DNA of 64,000 nt, taken from a virus. Taxonomy: Duplodnaviria; Caudoviricetes. The position numbers and the translations under genes were made by a program. Where the stretch lies: positions 6,576-70,575 of IMG/VR virus record IMGVR_UViG_3300021255_001723; one strand, given 5' to 3'. A model generated the notes under the pieces. It made no database searches and was not told the DNA's origin. It saw only the letters and a list, made by a program, of their open reading frames with translations. How positions within the stretch are numbered: position 1 is the stretch's first letter; each line of letters begins with the position of its first letter. Of this stretch, positions 55,236 through 63,887 are shown piece after piece.

Positions 55236-55727
55236 ATGAAGAAAGAAAGACTGAAAGCAGCGATTGATGAGCTGACCTCCATCATCGATGAAATGCAGAC
55301 AGAGGTCAACGAGTTCCACGCAAAGAAGGGAGATTGGTATGACTTCCACCTCCAGCTGTACCGCAGCGGTCTCATGTCAGACGAGCAGTTCGAGCGGGAT
55401 ATATGGAAAGAGACTCAGAGCATGCACACCTGCTTTGACGATGATCTGTACGCTCTCCAGCGTTTGGTAATTGTCCTCGACAAAAGGTACGGGTCGTTCA
55501 AGCAGCTTAGGGAACACCTCGACAGGGTTGTTGCCTGTTCGCGCACGAAGCCTCATGACTGGAAGGAGTTCGATGTTGAGTTCAAGGACAGCGATTGCGA
55601 CCACGTAGAGAAGAACCGCTTCTTTGCTCCCAGCGAGAACTATGCCGTACAGATGTGCATGAAGTACAATAAGTACGAGGAGAACGAGGTTGACATCATC
55701 GAAGTAAAGGAGGTGAGCCATGATTGA
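55236..55727 (+). CDS. hypothetical protein
   Basis: ATG within AAGAGCAATGAAG. Confidence 0.75.
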   Translation: MKKERLKAAIDELTSIIDEMQTEVNEFHAKKGDWYDFHLQLYRSGLMSDEQFERDIWKETQSMHTCFDDDLYALQRLVIVLDKRYGSFKQLREHLDRVVACSRTKPHDWKEFDVEFKDSDCDHVEKNRFFAPSENYAVQMCMKYNKYEENEVDIIEVKEVSHD

Positions 55728-55944
55728 CTACTTGCCAAGCATCGCCCAGCAGATATTAGATACTGCCTGGAGCCAGTTGGAGGATGCCGACTACGAGAAT
55801 CATGCGAGAGTGATTATCGGCAATGACATGGTGCTTGTCGATAAGGAAGAGTTCGAAGAACTAAAAGTATTTTTGGACAAGGGTCAAGACACCCGTGAGT
55901 TTTGTGATATTGTACCATCATCAAATAAAAAGAATAAATTATGA
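55720..55944 (+). CDS. hypothetical acidic protein
   Basis: Overlapping starts and stops. Confidence 0.6.
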   Translation: MIDYLPSIAQQILDTAWSQLEDADYENHARVIIGNDMVLVDKEEFEELKVFLDKGQDTREFCDIVPSSNKKNKL

Positions 55945-56531
55945 AGACAAAGTATCAGAAAGAAGCACGAGAGTTGCTGAATAGAATGCCGTCACTCTCT
56001 GCTATTGATTTAGGGACGAGAACAGCTGGTCACCGTTGTTTGATTAACGGAGAAGCGTACATCACGATTGGCAGCCTGTCGGGAGATAGAATACTCGAAA
56101 AGCTCAGGAAGTATGCCAAGGAAAACAACTGGAATGCCCTTGACATGTTTCCTGCATCAGTTTCCAATCCCCAAAGTAGTTACGGAGCAGTTGCCCATGT
56201 TGTCCGTGTAAAAGCTTTGACAAATGGGGGCGACACACTAAAGGAGCTGATTTGCAGGGACGATACTTTTCAGGGTCATAATGAGAGGAGGTATGACGAA
56301 GTTATAAGCAAAGCGAACTTGCCTTGGCCGGATAGCGACCATTGGCGTTTCAAAAATAGAGAACTGACCGAAGATATGTGTCGGGATGCCATCAGTTTTT
56401 TGAAGGAACGCAACCGACTACTTCGTATCAAACCAGAAGAAGATGAGCCGGATATTGAAACCTGCATCAATGTATTGAAGAAGCATGGCTATAAGGTCAT
56501 GCAGCCGATAGTAGAATATAAGGAGGTTTGA
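55941..56531 (+). CDS. hypothetical protein
   Basis: ATGA overlap. Confidence 0.7.
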   Translation: MKTKYQKEARELLNRMPSLSAIDLGTRTAGHRCLINGEAYITIGSLSGDRILEKLRKYAKENNWNALDMFPASVSNPQSSYGAVAHVVRVKALTNGGDTLKELICRDDTFQGHNERRYDEVISKANLPWPDSDHWRFKNRELTEDMCRDAISFLKERNRLLRIKPEEDEPDIETCINVLKKHGYKVMQPIVEYKEV

Positions 56532-56532
56532 T

Positions 56533-56682
56533 ATGGACTTCGAGTTAGCAAAGTATAAAGGCAAGTGGGCTGTGTTTGATAAGCGCAGCCGCACTTTCTT
56601 CTTCGTCGGCAAGGGGAAGAGATATTGTGAGGGAATTGTAACATCGTTGAATAATGTATCAGATAGCAATGAAGAGAATTGA
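56533..56682 (+). CDS. small hypothetical protein (49 aa, MDFELAKYKGKWAVFD...)
   Basis: Read by hand; fills the gap. Confidence 0.55.
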   Translation: MDFELAKYKGKWAVFDKRSRTFFFVGKGKRYCEGIVTSLNNVSDSNEEN

Positions 56683-57166
56683 TTTCTATGAGAAGAAGAA
56701 GGCCCTCCACAACGAAATGCTGGAGGCCATAGTGGCTCTCTTTGAGAAGACGAGCATCACGGAGTTTGACTTCATGCCGGACGATGGAGGATGGCAGCGC
56801 AACTGCTTCGTTATCCTCAGCACGGACGGAGCACAGAGCACCGAGGAGGTGCTGGTCAAGAAGGTAAGGTATGAGGATGGTGACGTGTTCATCCTGCCAT
56901 TCGGTAGCGACTGGTGGGTTTCATGCGAACATGCAGGCAAGGTAGTCACGGACACCCTCGACGATCTGTATGACGCGGTGTATGAGGCCGTGGGCGACCT
57001 CAACTTCGTGTACTACGTCTGCGAGCTTGACGAGAAGGGCATCCCTACTGGCAAGGTCACAAAAGAGACCTGGAGATTGGAGTATGCCGAGAACATGATG
57101 GAGCTGCGCGGCTTCATCTACAACGACATGGAGACTGCCCTGCTGCACGCTCAGTACAAAAGTTAA
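56669..57166 (+). CDS. hypothetical protein
   Basis: Start at AGCAATGAAG; ends KS-stop in the cassette box. Confidence 0.7.
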   Translation: MKRIDFYEKKKALHNEMLEAIVALFEKTSITEFDFMPDDGGWQRNCFVILSTDGAQSTEEVLVKKVRYEDGDVFILPFGSDWWVSCEHAGKVVTDTLDDLYDAVYEAVGDLNFVYYVCELDEKGIPTGKVTKETWRLEYAENMMELRGFIYNDMETALLHAQYKS

Positions 57167-57294
57167 ACTATCTGAACAGCAGGTAGTTACGATGAAATTA
57201 TAGGGATTTTCCCTTGGTCATTTGCGAAAAAATGACTAACTTTACATCGTATATAAGAAACCCCATTTTAGTAACTTAAAGTAGAAGAGCAATG
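57158..57294 (+). promoter_or_regulatory. Repeated early promoter/leader cassette, copy 6
   Basis: AAAAGTTAAA...AAAAAATGACTAACTTTACATCGTATATAAGAAAC...AAGAGCAATGAAG. Confidence 0.75.
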
Positions 57295-57561
57295 AAGATT
57301 TCAGAAAAGACAATTAAGAACGGAGCACACGAGTTCAAGTTTGAAGGCGGTGCGTGGGCCAAACTCGACATCGACGGAGAGTATGGTTCTTGGGAGTTCC
57401 AGGAGGACGAGGACGATGAGGAAACCTATTCAGAAGGTGGCCTTTGGTTCGAGGGAATGGAACTTGTAGATTATGACGGCTGCTTCGAGCTTCCCGATGA
57501 GGTGGCAATGGCAATCAAGGAACTGGGTTATAAAGTAGTTGACTTGGAGGATGAACAATGA
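57292..57561 (+). CDS. hypothetical acidic protein
   Basis: ATG in the cassette motif. Confidence 0.75.
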   Translation: MKISEKTIKNGAHEFKFEGGAWAKLDIDGEYGSWEFQEDEDDEETYSEGGLWFEGMELVDYDGCFELPDEVAMAIKELGYKVVDLEDEQ

Positions 57562-58034
57562 ACACAAGATTTGAAAACTATGTAAGCACGCTGACACCTG
57601 CAAAGCAGCTGTTGGCAAGAGAAGCCGTGCAGGCGTACTTGGCTGGAGAGTCGGAAGACATTGAACGCCTCCTCTCTCCTGTGGGCGTATGGAAGAAGTC
57701 AAGATGGCTGGCCGACAAAGAGACGGAGCATTTCGTGGTTTATTACATGAAGAACAATTACCGCATCATCAAGTCAGAGACGATTTCCTTTGGTGGCCTT
57801 GATTCTACGCTTGTCGATGTGAGGGTTGTCCTGAAGCATGCCATCCTTTGTGGTGCTACCTGCATGACTTGTGTGCACAACCATCCCTCTGGTTCTACAA
57901 CGCCGAGCAAGCAAGATGACAAGCTGACTGAAAAAATCAACAGGGCTTGTGAGGTTATGGGCGTTAAGCTCATTGACCATGTGATAGTGACCGACAAGAA
58001 TTATTATTCGTATCAAGAAAATGGAAAGTTATGA
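57558..58034 (+). CDS. RadC-like JAB domain protein
   Basis: TEHFVV...VHNHPSGSTTPSKQD...LIDHVIV. Confidence 0.9.
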   Translation: MNTRFENYVSTLTPAKQLLAREAVQAYLAGESEDIERLLSPVGVWKKSRWLADKETEHFVVYYMKNNYRIIKSETISFGGLDSTLVDVRVVLKHAILCGATCMTCVHNHPSGSTTPSKQDDKLTEKINRACEVMGVKLIDHVIVTDKNYYSYQENGKL

Positions 58035-58282
58035 AAGTAGAAAGAACGACATTTGAGTGCGAGGGTATCAAGGAACCCTGCATCATGGTAAGTAATGAAG
58101 ACGGTAGCGTGAAGGTGCGTATCAGCACCTGCTACCATTATCTGGGTAAGAACAGCTTGTACGTCCGTGAAATCATCGATGACGAGTTCAACGCCGAGGA
58201 TGAGTTCACTGGCAATTTCAAGGAACTGACGGACGAAGATGCCATCAGGATTGCAAGAGAGTTTTCCGCATATATTAACTAA
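58031..58282 (+). CDS. hypothetical protein
   Basis: ATGA overlap. Confidence 0.65.
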   Translation: MKVERTTFECEGIKEPCIMVSNEDGSVKVRISTCYHYLGKNSLYVREIIDDEFNAEDEFTGNFKELTDEDAIRIAREFSAYIN

Positions 58283-58295
58283 AAGTGATGAAGAT

Positions 58296-58664
58296 ATGAG
58301 AGCAGAAGAATTTATTTTAAGTAATGTGTTTGTTGGTGACGACGATACAATGTACGTCACGGAGAAGGATGCCATGACGGCAATAAGCATGGCTTGTGAA
58401 GATATAGTCAAGAAGTGGACGCTGTGGTGCTTCAACTTTCGTACCCCGTTCGAGGCGACGATATGTAAGATTTGGGGCGGCACGCTGTCTGGCTTCGGAG
58501 GTCGCTACTACTGCGAGGACAATCACTTTACCCAGCACTTGATTGAGAAGTGGCAGTCATTTGAGAATCGAGGGAATGCAAGGATGCTGTTTTTCTACTG
58601 CGAACTTGACAGTACCCTTCGAAAGCAGCTTGTCGATTGGGTAATGGAAAACTACCGAGGATAG
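58296..58664 (+). CDS. hypothetical protein
   Basis: Start moved to ATG 58296. Confidence 0.65.
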   Translation: MRAEEFILSNVFVGDDDTMYVTEKDAMTAISMACEDIVKKWTLWCFNFRTPFEATICKIWGGTLSGFGGRYYCEDNHFTQHLIEKWQSFENRGNARMLFFYCELDSTLRKQLVDWVMENYRG

Positions 58665-58665
58665 T

Positions 58666-58932
58666 ATGCAGTTCGGTATAAACTGGAACGATGGCTACGA
58701 AGTGACCGTGCTGATGGTCGGTGAACATGGCTATCTGAGGCACTTTCCCTTGCGCAACTTCGGAGAGCACCAAGGCGATGCAAGAATCTTCAAGGAGGTC
58801 GATTGCCCGAAGCTGACAGATGTTCAGATCCGTATGCTGATTAAGAACTACGACCCGAAAGTGAAGTACAAGCGGATAAGCGGTACGAGGTTTGTCCGTG
58901 AGAAGGTCACAGACCAAGAACGTAGTCTATGA
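58666..58932 (+). CDS. hypothetical protein
   Basis: Follows the upstream stop by 1 nt; its 3' end overlaps the integrase 3' end. Confidence 0.6.
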   Translation: MQFGINWNDGYEVTVLMVGEHGYLRHFPLRNFGEHQGDARIFKEVDCPKLTDVQIRMLIKNYDPKVKYKRISGTRFVREKVTDQERSL

Positions 58933-60121
58933 CCTTGCGGTTGGCTTCGTCAACCTTCCGCAAATCCTTATCGATATAGATGGCTGTTGTCCTGTTGCCA
59001 AAAGAATGGCCGAGGGCAGCAGCTATCGTTTCGTTGGGTATCTCCAGTTCGTAGGCTATCGTGGCCCATGTGTGTCTGGCAACATAAGTCGAGAGACCGG
59101 GAAAGGCAGGGTGATAGACAAGCTGTCTCTTTCCGTCCTTTATTATGTGCTCGCGCGTACCTATTTGTTTTAGTGCTCGGTTGACGGTGCTTGTGAAGGT
59201 ATGCGCACTTTTGAAATTGTCTGCGATATTAAGCAGTTTCTTTGTTCCTCGGTAGCGGTCTATGATTTCTTGTGCTTCGGGCTCTACCTTGATGTTGTAT
59301 AATCGGGAGGTTTTGGAACGCTGATAAACTATTCTCCCATCCACAACCTCCGTGAGGTTACACAAGTCTATAAGATTGATTCCAATGAGATAGAAGATTA
59401 GTTTAAACAGGTCAATGTATTTCTGCTCATGAGGAAGCACGGGGTAGGCAAACAACTCTCTCATTTTCTCAACGCTGAAAGCTCGCTTGGCTGTCGGAAC
59501 TGACCGAACCATGAACTTGCGGAAGGGGTAGGAGGTGGTCACGTCATTGTCGATGGCATCATTGAAAACGGCACGGATATTCCGAAAGTGGATGGAACGG
59601 GAGTTCTGCGATGGCTCAAACTCCATCAGGAACCTGTCGAATCGGGTGAGCCAGTCCTTGCCGATCTGCTCGAAGGACAGCTGGCCAGCCTTCGGGTCAA
59701 ACTGGATGATACGTTTGTAGGTCGCCTCGTAGATTTCTCGGGTACGCTGCTTCTGCCTCGTTTCCATGTAGCCCTTGAAGCGGTTGATGAAAAGGGTTCC
59801 CTCCTCGCTGTTCGGGTTAAGCAGGTCAACGATGAGGTTCTTGATTTGCACGGCGGACATCTTTGCCAGCCTACCTTCAGCGGTCAGCTGCAGGAGCAGG
59901 GTGTCAATCTTCTGCTTTTGGTTCTGAATATAGGAGTTGAGGGCAACCTTGTTCGGATTGTCCTTAACCCTGCCGTGTTCCCTATCCCATTGGCCGGGAA
60001 AGATACGAAGGTCAAGTGGAATGTATGCGGCCACTCCATGCTTGGTGATACTCACCTTCAGAGGGGCTGGCTCACCACGTTTCACGGCTCTCGTATCGAG
60101 GTACAGTTTCGTTGTTGCCAT
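58907..60121 (-). CDS. int: Tyrosine integrase
   Basis: Arm-binding N-terminus, SAM-like domain, YQRSKT, STYVARHTWAT, ALGH, TTAIY catalytic motifs. Confidence 0.95.
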   Translation of the reverse strand: MATTKLYLDTRAVKRGEPAPLKVSITKHGVAAYIPLDLRIFPGQWDREHGRVKDNPNKVALNSYIQNQKQKIDTLLLQLTAEGRLAKMSAVQIKNLIVDLLNPNSEEGTLFINRFKGYMETRQKQRTREIYEATYKRIIQFDPKAGQLSFEQIGKDWLTRFDRFLMEFEPSQNSRSIHFRNIRAVFNDAIDNDVTTSYPFRKFMVRSVPTAKRAFSVEKMRELFAYPVLPHEQKYIDLFKLIFYLIGINLIDLCNLTEVVDGRIVYQRSKTSRLYNIKVEPEAQEIIDRYRGTKKLLNIADNFKSAHTFTSTVNRALKQIGTREHIIKDGKRQLVYHPAFPGLSTYVARHTWATIAYELEIPNETIAAALGHSFGNRTTAIYIDKDLRKVDEANRKVIDYVLGL

Positions 60122-60125
60122 ATCT

Positions 60126-60466
60126 TTTGCAAGTTATTTGCAAGTTATCTACAGTTCGGATGTCTAAAAACCTCCTGTTTATGGGAAATTCCGACAAAAA
60201 GTGCTTTGCAAGTTATTTGCAAGTTTTTCGGTGCGGAACACGCCAAAATAGTGCAAAGTTGTTCAAAATGAAGAACGTCCACCATGATGGTGAACGTCCT
60301 GAAATCCCTTTGTTTATCGGTGTTTCTGCGGAGAGAGGGGGATTCGAACCCCCGAACCGCTTTAGGCGGTTACACGCTTTCCAGGCGTGCACCTTGATTC
60401 TCTATCTATTTGTTTTTCAAGAAGTTACGAAATAGTGGTTTTGGATTTGCAAGTTATTTGCAAGTT
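60126..60466. mobile_element. attP region: tRNA-Ser 3' fragment core with three arm-type double repeats
   Basis: TTTGCAAGTTATTTGCAAGTT at 60126, 60205 and 60446 flank the core at 60328-60390. Confidence 0.85.
60328..60390 (-). other. att core: 3' portion of tRNA-Ser (GGA)
   Basis: Reverse complement GCACGCCTGGAAAGCGTGT-long variable arm-GGGGGTTCGAATCCCCCTCTCTCCGC; 5' acceptor strand and D-arm missing. Confidence 0.85.
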
Positions 60467-60603
60467 TTTCGGTTTCGACTCCCTGATTTCATCTTCCATT
60501 TTTCCAAAGAACGCATGACAAGCAAAATCTTGCCTAATTGTTAAATATAGTTGCGAATTAGAAATTTCTAAGAATATCCTTCGCTTTTTCGGATTATTAT
60601 TTG

Positions 60604-60643
60604 TACCTTTGCATTATCCAATAATACCAACGGTGCAAAGATA
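60604..60643. promoter_or_regulatory. Face-to-face promoter pair (int leftward, xis operon rightward)
   Basis: Forward TACCTTTG at 60604-60611; reverse TATCTTTG at 60636-60643. Confidence 0.6.
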
Positions 60644-60709
60644 CGAAAAAAGTGCTTGTGCCGCAAATTTGTAACAGTATTTAAGAATTTTCATCTTATG
60701 GCAAGAGCA

Positions 60710-60928
60710 ATGAAAGAAACAAAGAGTTTGTGGTCCATCTGGAGCAAGTCGGTTCAGTGGGACAAGAAGACTGCCAAGCAGAAGCTGATTTCTGCTTGGT
60801 TCAGCCTTTCGTTTATCGTGTTGGGCGTGAGTGGAAGCAGCTTCATATTCTCCATCATCGCCGCAGTCAATTTCGGTTGTGCAGCCTACTTCACAGCCAA
60901 GTACGTTCCAGTCAGCGAGGAGGATTAG
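60710..60928 (+). CDS. small membrane protein
   Basis: ATG in AAGAGCAATG; two hydrophobic helices. Alternative start at 60698. Confidence 0.65.
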   Translation: MKETKSLWSIWSKSVQWDKKTAKQKLISAWFSLSFIVLGVSGSSFIFSIIAAVNFGCAAYFTAKYVPVSEED

Positions 60929-60930
60929 CT

Positions 60931-61134
60931 ATGGTGAACGAAGAGCCTAAGTTATCTCCTACGGCAAGGTTCAGCATAAGCGAGGCCGCCGTGATATTGG
61001 GTGTTCACAGGAACACATTGAGAAGACACACGAATGCCGGGCCAACTGGCATCAAGTGTTCGTACCGCAAGTCGAACGGACGCAAGTTCTACACAGGGTT
61101 GGACATTATTAAGTTTTGGAAAGCAAGTATTTGA
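60931..61134 (+). CDS. Excisionase/recombination directionality factor (MerR-like HTH)
   Basis: FSISEAAVILGVHRNTLRR...RKFYTGLDIIKFW; next to attP. Confidence 0.75.
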   Translation: MVNEEPKLSPTARFSISEAAVILGVHRNTLRRHTNAGPTGIKCSYRKSNGRKFYTGLDIIKFWKASI

Positions 61135-61138
61135 AGAT

Positions 61139-61834
61139 ATGAAGACAAGAGAACAATTAGAGAAATTACGTCAGCCATTGCCAGAGAAATATGTGGCTGC
61201 GTTGAAAGAGAGCGAAGGGATTGATTTCTCCGAGCAAGTAGTTGATGACGAGTACGGAGTCTATTCCACAGGACTATTCCGCTGGAAAGGCAAAAATGTG
61301 CTGGTAACGATTGATGGAGGCAAGTGGCACTTGTCTGCATCGACAAACCATCCCATCGGCTACTATGAAATGAAGGAACTTCGATATGAGTTCCTGCCAA
61401 ACGGCATTCATGCTGCTCAGGTGTTCCCACCTCGAGAAGAGTTCGTGAACATCGAAGAGAACTGCTATCATCTATACGAGATTGATGATGAAGACGAAGA
61501 GTTAAAGCTGTCTGGAAATATGCCGACTTACGATGAACTGACTGAAATGTCTGCTATTCCAATCACGGGTAACGACCTGAAGTTTCAGCACTTTGAGACG
61601 GCTCGTACCATTTGCAAGGCCATGCTCGAGGTGATGATTGAAGACGGATTGTCGAGGCAGGACCTGCCTCAGTTACTCCACGATGTCTGCAAGTTCGTGA
61701 TACTGACCGAAGCCAACATTGACAAGGAAGGCTCAGTCTTCGTGCTCAAACGTTTCGTAAATCTCACTTCCGATTTGTCGGTAGTGATGATGCGTATCAT
61801 GATGAACCACATGAAAGAAACGCAGAAGAAATGA
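61139..61834 (+). CDS. hypothetical protein
   Basis: Start moved to ATG 61139; WHLSAS...NCYHLYEI motif. Confidence 0.7.
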   Translation: MKTREQLEKLRQPLPEKYVAALKESEGIDFSEQVVDDEYGVYSTGLFRWKGKNVLVTIDGGKWHLSASTNHPIGYYEMKELRYEFLPNGIHAAQVFPPREEFVNIEENCYHLYEIDDEDEELKLSGNMPTYDELTEMSAIPITGNDLKFQHFETARTICKAMLEVMIEDGLSRQDLPQLLHDVCKFVILTEANIDKEGSVFVLKRFVNLTSDLSVVMMRIMMNHMKETQKK

Positions 61835-62208
61835 TAGTTCATAGATTCATGTCTTCCCTTGAGTATCAAAGGCTGATGAGAGGGGATCAGCTGAGGAACT
61901 TTGACACCCATATAGCTTGTGCTACGGACTCGATAGGATTCTGCTTCTTTGTAGAAGACCCGTTCGATGCAATTCATTGGTTGAGTGGTATCGTGGATTG
62001 TGATTACTGCGTGACTATGGATATTCCTGATAAGATGCTGATTAAGTCGTTTGCAACATACCGCAATCCTTCTACTGAAGGTCGGATGAGGAAGAAGGAA
62101 TATTGCCTCACGAACTACTGCAAGGATGACGTAAGGATTGTGAAGGTCTATTCAGAAGAGTTCAGGAAATATTCGTATCTGACTCGGCTGATGAGGTATT
62201 TCATCTGA
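61831..62208 (+). CDS. hypothetical protein
   Basis: ATGA overlap. Confidence 0.7.
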   Translation: MIVHRFMSSLEYQRLMRGDQLRNFDTHIACATDSIGFCFFVEDPFDAIHWLSGIVDCDYCVTMDIPDKMLIKSFATYRNPSTEGRMRKKEYCLTNYCKDDVRIVKVYSEEFRKYSYLTRLMRYFI

Positions 62209-62210
62209 CA

Positions 62211-62534
62211 TCACACTTCGTTGGATTGTCTGCTTTTGTTTTTCCAGACCACAGGTTCAGGCTGGTCGGTTCCATCTTGGAAGATGGTACCTTCGCCAGT
62301 CAGCAGCCACGTTCCAGATATCCCATAGTCGCTTACGAGGTGGGCAATGACCTCGGGTTTGAGGACGGAGTTCGCCGGACTATCTTTCACATGCTGGAGA
62401 TTCCTGCGGTTAAGTCCGTACCTCTTGGTGAAGGTCTGAAGGCCTCGGAAGTAGTTCGCCTTGGTCAGGATATCGATAGCTTGGAAGAAGCGCTTGGTGA
62501 TATCCTGGCCCTCTTTGGAAATGCTCATTGACAT
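62211..62534 (-). CDS. HTH DNA-binding protein co-transcribed with the repressor
   Basis: LQTFTKRYGLNRRNL...YGISGTWLLTGEG. Confidence 0.7.
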   Translation of the reverse strand: MSMSISKEGQDITKRFFQAIDILTKANYFRGLQTFTKRYGLNRRNLQHVKDSPANSVLKPEVIAHLVSDYGISGTWLLTGEGTIFQDGTDQPEPVVWKNKSRQSNEV

Positions 62535-62536
62535 AG

Positions 62537-62929
62537 CTATTCGAATTTATGTTCAAGAAGCGTGATAAGACGTTCGAGGTTCTGGGCATTGAGCTTGTTC
62601 GCCTCCGCATTCATGAGATTGGCGTCAGCGTTCTTCTTGCCGAGTTGAATAAACTCCTGCATCATCTTTACCATAGCCATCATGTTAGAGCCATCGCCGT
62701 TAGAATATTCTAAATCTTGCTCTTCGTGGAGCATGTCCCCAAACCCACTTCTGAGCCAGTTGATGTTCAACTCGGGAAACCCTTTTTGGATGAGCATGAT
62801 AGAGCCATCGGTGATGTTCTCATTTACCTTGCTGCAAAAGCCATTTGAGAGACCGCACTTGCGTTCGAAGGCCGATGGCTTCAGTTTCTTTTCCTTCAGG
62901 AATGCGTATAGACGTTCTTTTGTGCCCAT
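62537..62929 (-). CDS. CI-like repressor (XRE HTH)
   Basis: PSAFERKCGLSNG...FPELNINWLRSGFGDM; divergent from the Cro-like gene. Confidence 0.8.
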   Translation of the reverse strand: MGTKERLYAFLKEKKLKPSAFERKCGLSNGFCSKVNENITDGSIMLIQKGFPELNINWLRSGFGDMLHEEQDLEYSNGDGSNMMAMVKMMQEFIQLGKKNADANLMNAEANKLNAQNLERLITLLEHKFE

Positions 62930-62964
62930 AAAGTTAAATATTTTGAAATTAGCAAGTGGTAGCG

Positions 62965-63047
62965 GAAATTTCTACGGATATTCTTAGGATATTCCGAAAA
63001 AAATTGTTACCTTTGCACAAACCTTTAATACAAACAATGCAAAAGTA
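62965..63047. promoter_or_regulatory. Lysis/lysogeny switch region
   Basis: Tandem GGATATTC at 62976 and 62987; forward TACCTTTG at 63008; reverse TACTTTTG at 63040-63047. Confidence 0.6.
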
Positions 63048-63053
63048 GTAAAA

Positions 63054-63302
63054 ATGATTGAAAGTAACGCAGAAAAACAGGAAAAAGTTGCAAAAATGAC
63101 CCTGAAGGGCTATTATTTGCAAATCCCCGATGCCAGTCATCCAAAGACTGACTTCGTGAATGAGATTGCCATGGAGGCAGGTGTTTCCGTGGCAACGGTT
63201 AGAAACTGGATAATCTACGGCATGAAGCCAGCGAACAAGAGCCATATTGATATTCTTGTCCGCAAGACGGGCATCCCTGCTGAAGACCTTTGGGAAGATT
63301 GA
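63054..63302 (+). CDS. Cro-like HTH protein
   Basis: IAMEAGVSVATVRNWI...ILVRKTGIPAEDLW. Confidence 0.75.
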   Translation: MIESNAEKQEKVAKMTLKGYYLQIPDASHPKTDFVNEIAMEAGVSVATVRNWIIYGMKPANKSHIDILVRKTGIPAEDLWED

Positions 63303-63303
63303 T

Positions 63304-63855
63304 ATGGAAGGGTACGAGTTCTACACGATTGACGGAGATGTCTGGTATCTTACATCTGACGGTAGGAACGAGCGTCTTGATGAAAGCAGGGAAGGGGTTA
63401 TCTCCATGCTTATTGAAAGAATGATGGAGTGTTATCCCGATGCTTACAAGGCATTGTCGAAAAACTACCGCAACAGCGCAAAGAACGTGACCTATTACCG
63501 CTATCTGATAGCCCGTAGGTTCTGCAAGTGCAACTTCGGAAAACTGGATACGGCAGAGATAGACTGCAATCCATCATCTTCTTTTTGCTTCGAGAAGGTT
63601 CAATGTCCTCTCAGGGGCGAATGTCCGTTTGAAGGGATTGTCTGCATGCCGAAGTTCAACACCCAGCTCTCGAAGAAGGAACTGGAGGTGATGCGGCTCA
63701 TCTATGACGGATGCACCAACGAAGAGGTGGCAGAGCGAATGTACCTCTCTCCTTTCACGATAAAGAACCACATCAAGTCGGTGTATGCCAAGCTGGGCAT
63801 CCATGAGAAGAGCGAGTTTATCCAGTATGCGAACAAGAACCATTTGTTTAGTTAA
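63304..63855 (+). CDS. LuxR-type HTH regulator with Cys-rich middle domain
   Basis: RRFCKCNFG...CPLRGEC...C; LSKKELEVMRLIYDG..NEEVAERMYLSPFTIKNHIKSVYAKL. Confidence 0.85.
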   Translation: MEGYEFYTIDGDVWYLTSDGRNERLDESREGVISMLIERMMECYPDAYKALSKNYRNSAKNVTYYRYLIARRFCKCNFGKLDTAEIDCNPSSSFCFEKVQCPLRGECPFEGIVCMPKFNTQLSKKELEVMRLIYDGCTNEEVAERMYLSPFTIKNHIKSVYAKLGIHEKSEFIQYANKNHLFS

Positions 63856-63887
63856 CTATATGTTTAATCAATTCAAATTCAAGAGCA

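Noticed and set aside
60112-60435. 107-aa ORF, or a complete tRNA-Ser gene
   Set aside because: The ORF is a translation of the att repeats; the tRNA lacks its 5' acceptor strand and D-arm, so it is an att core only.
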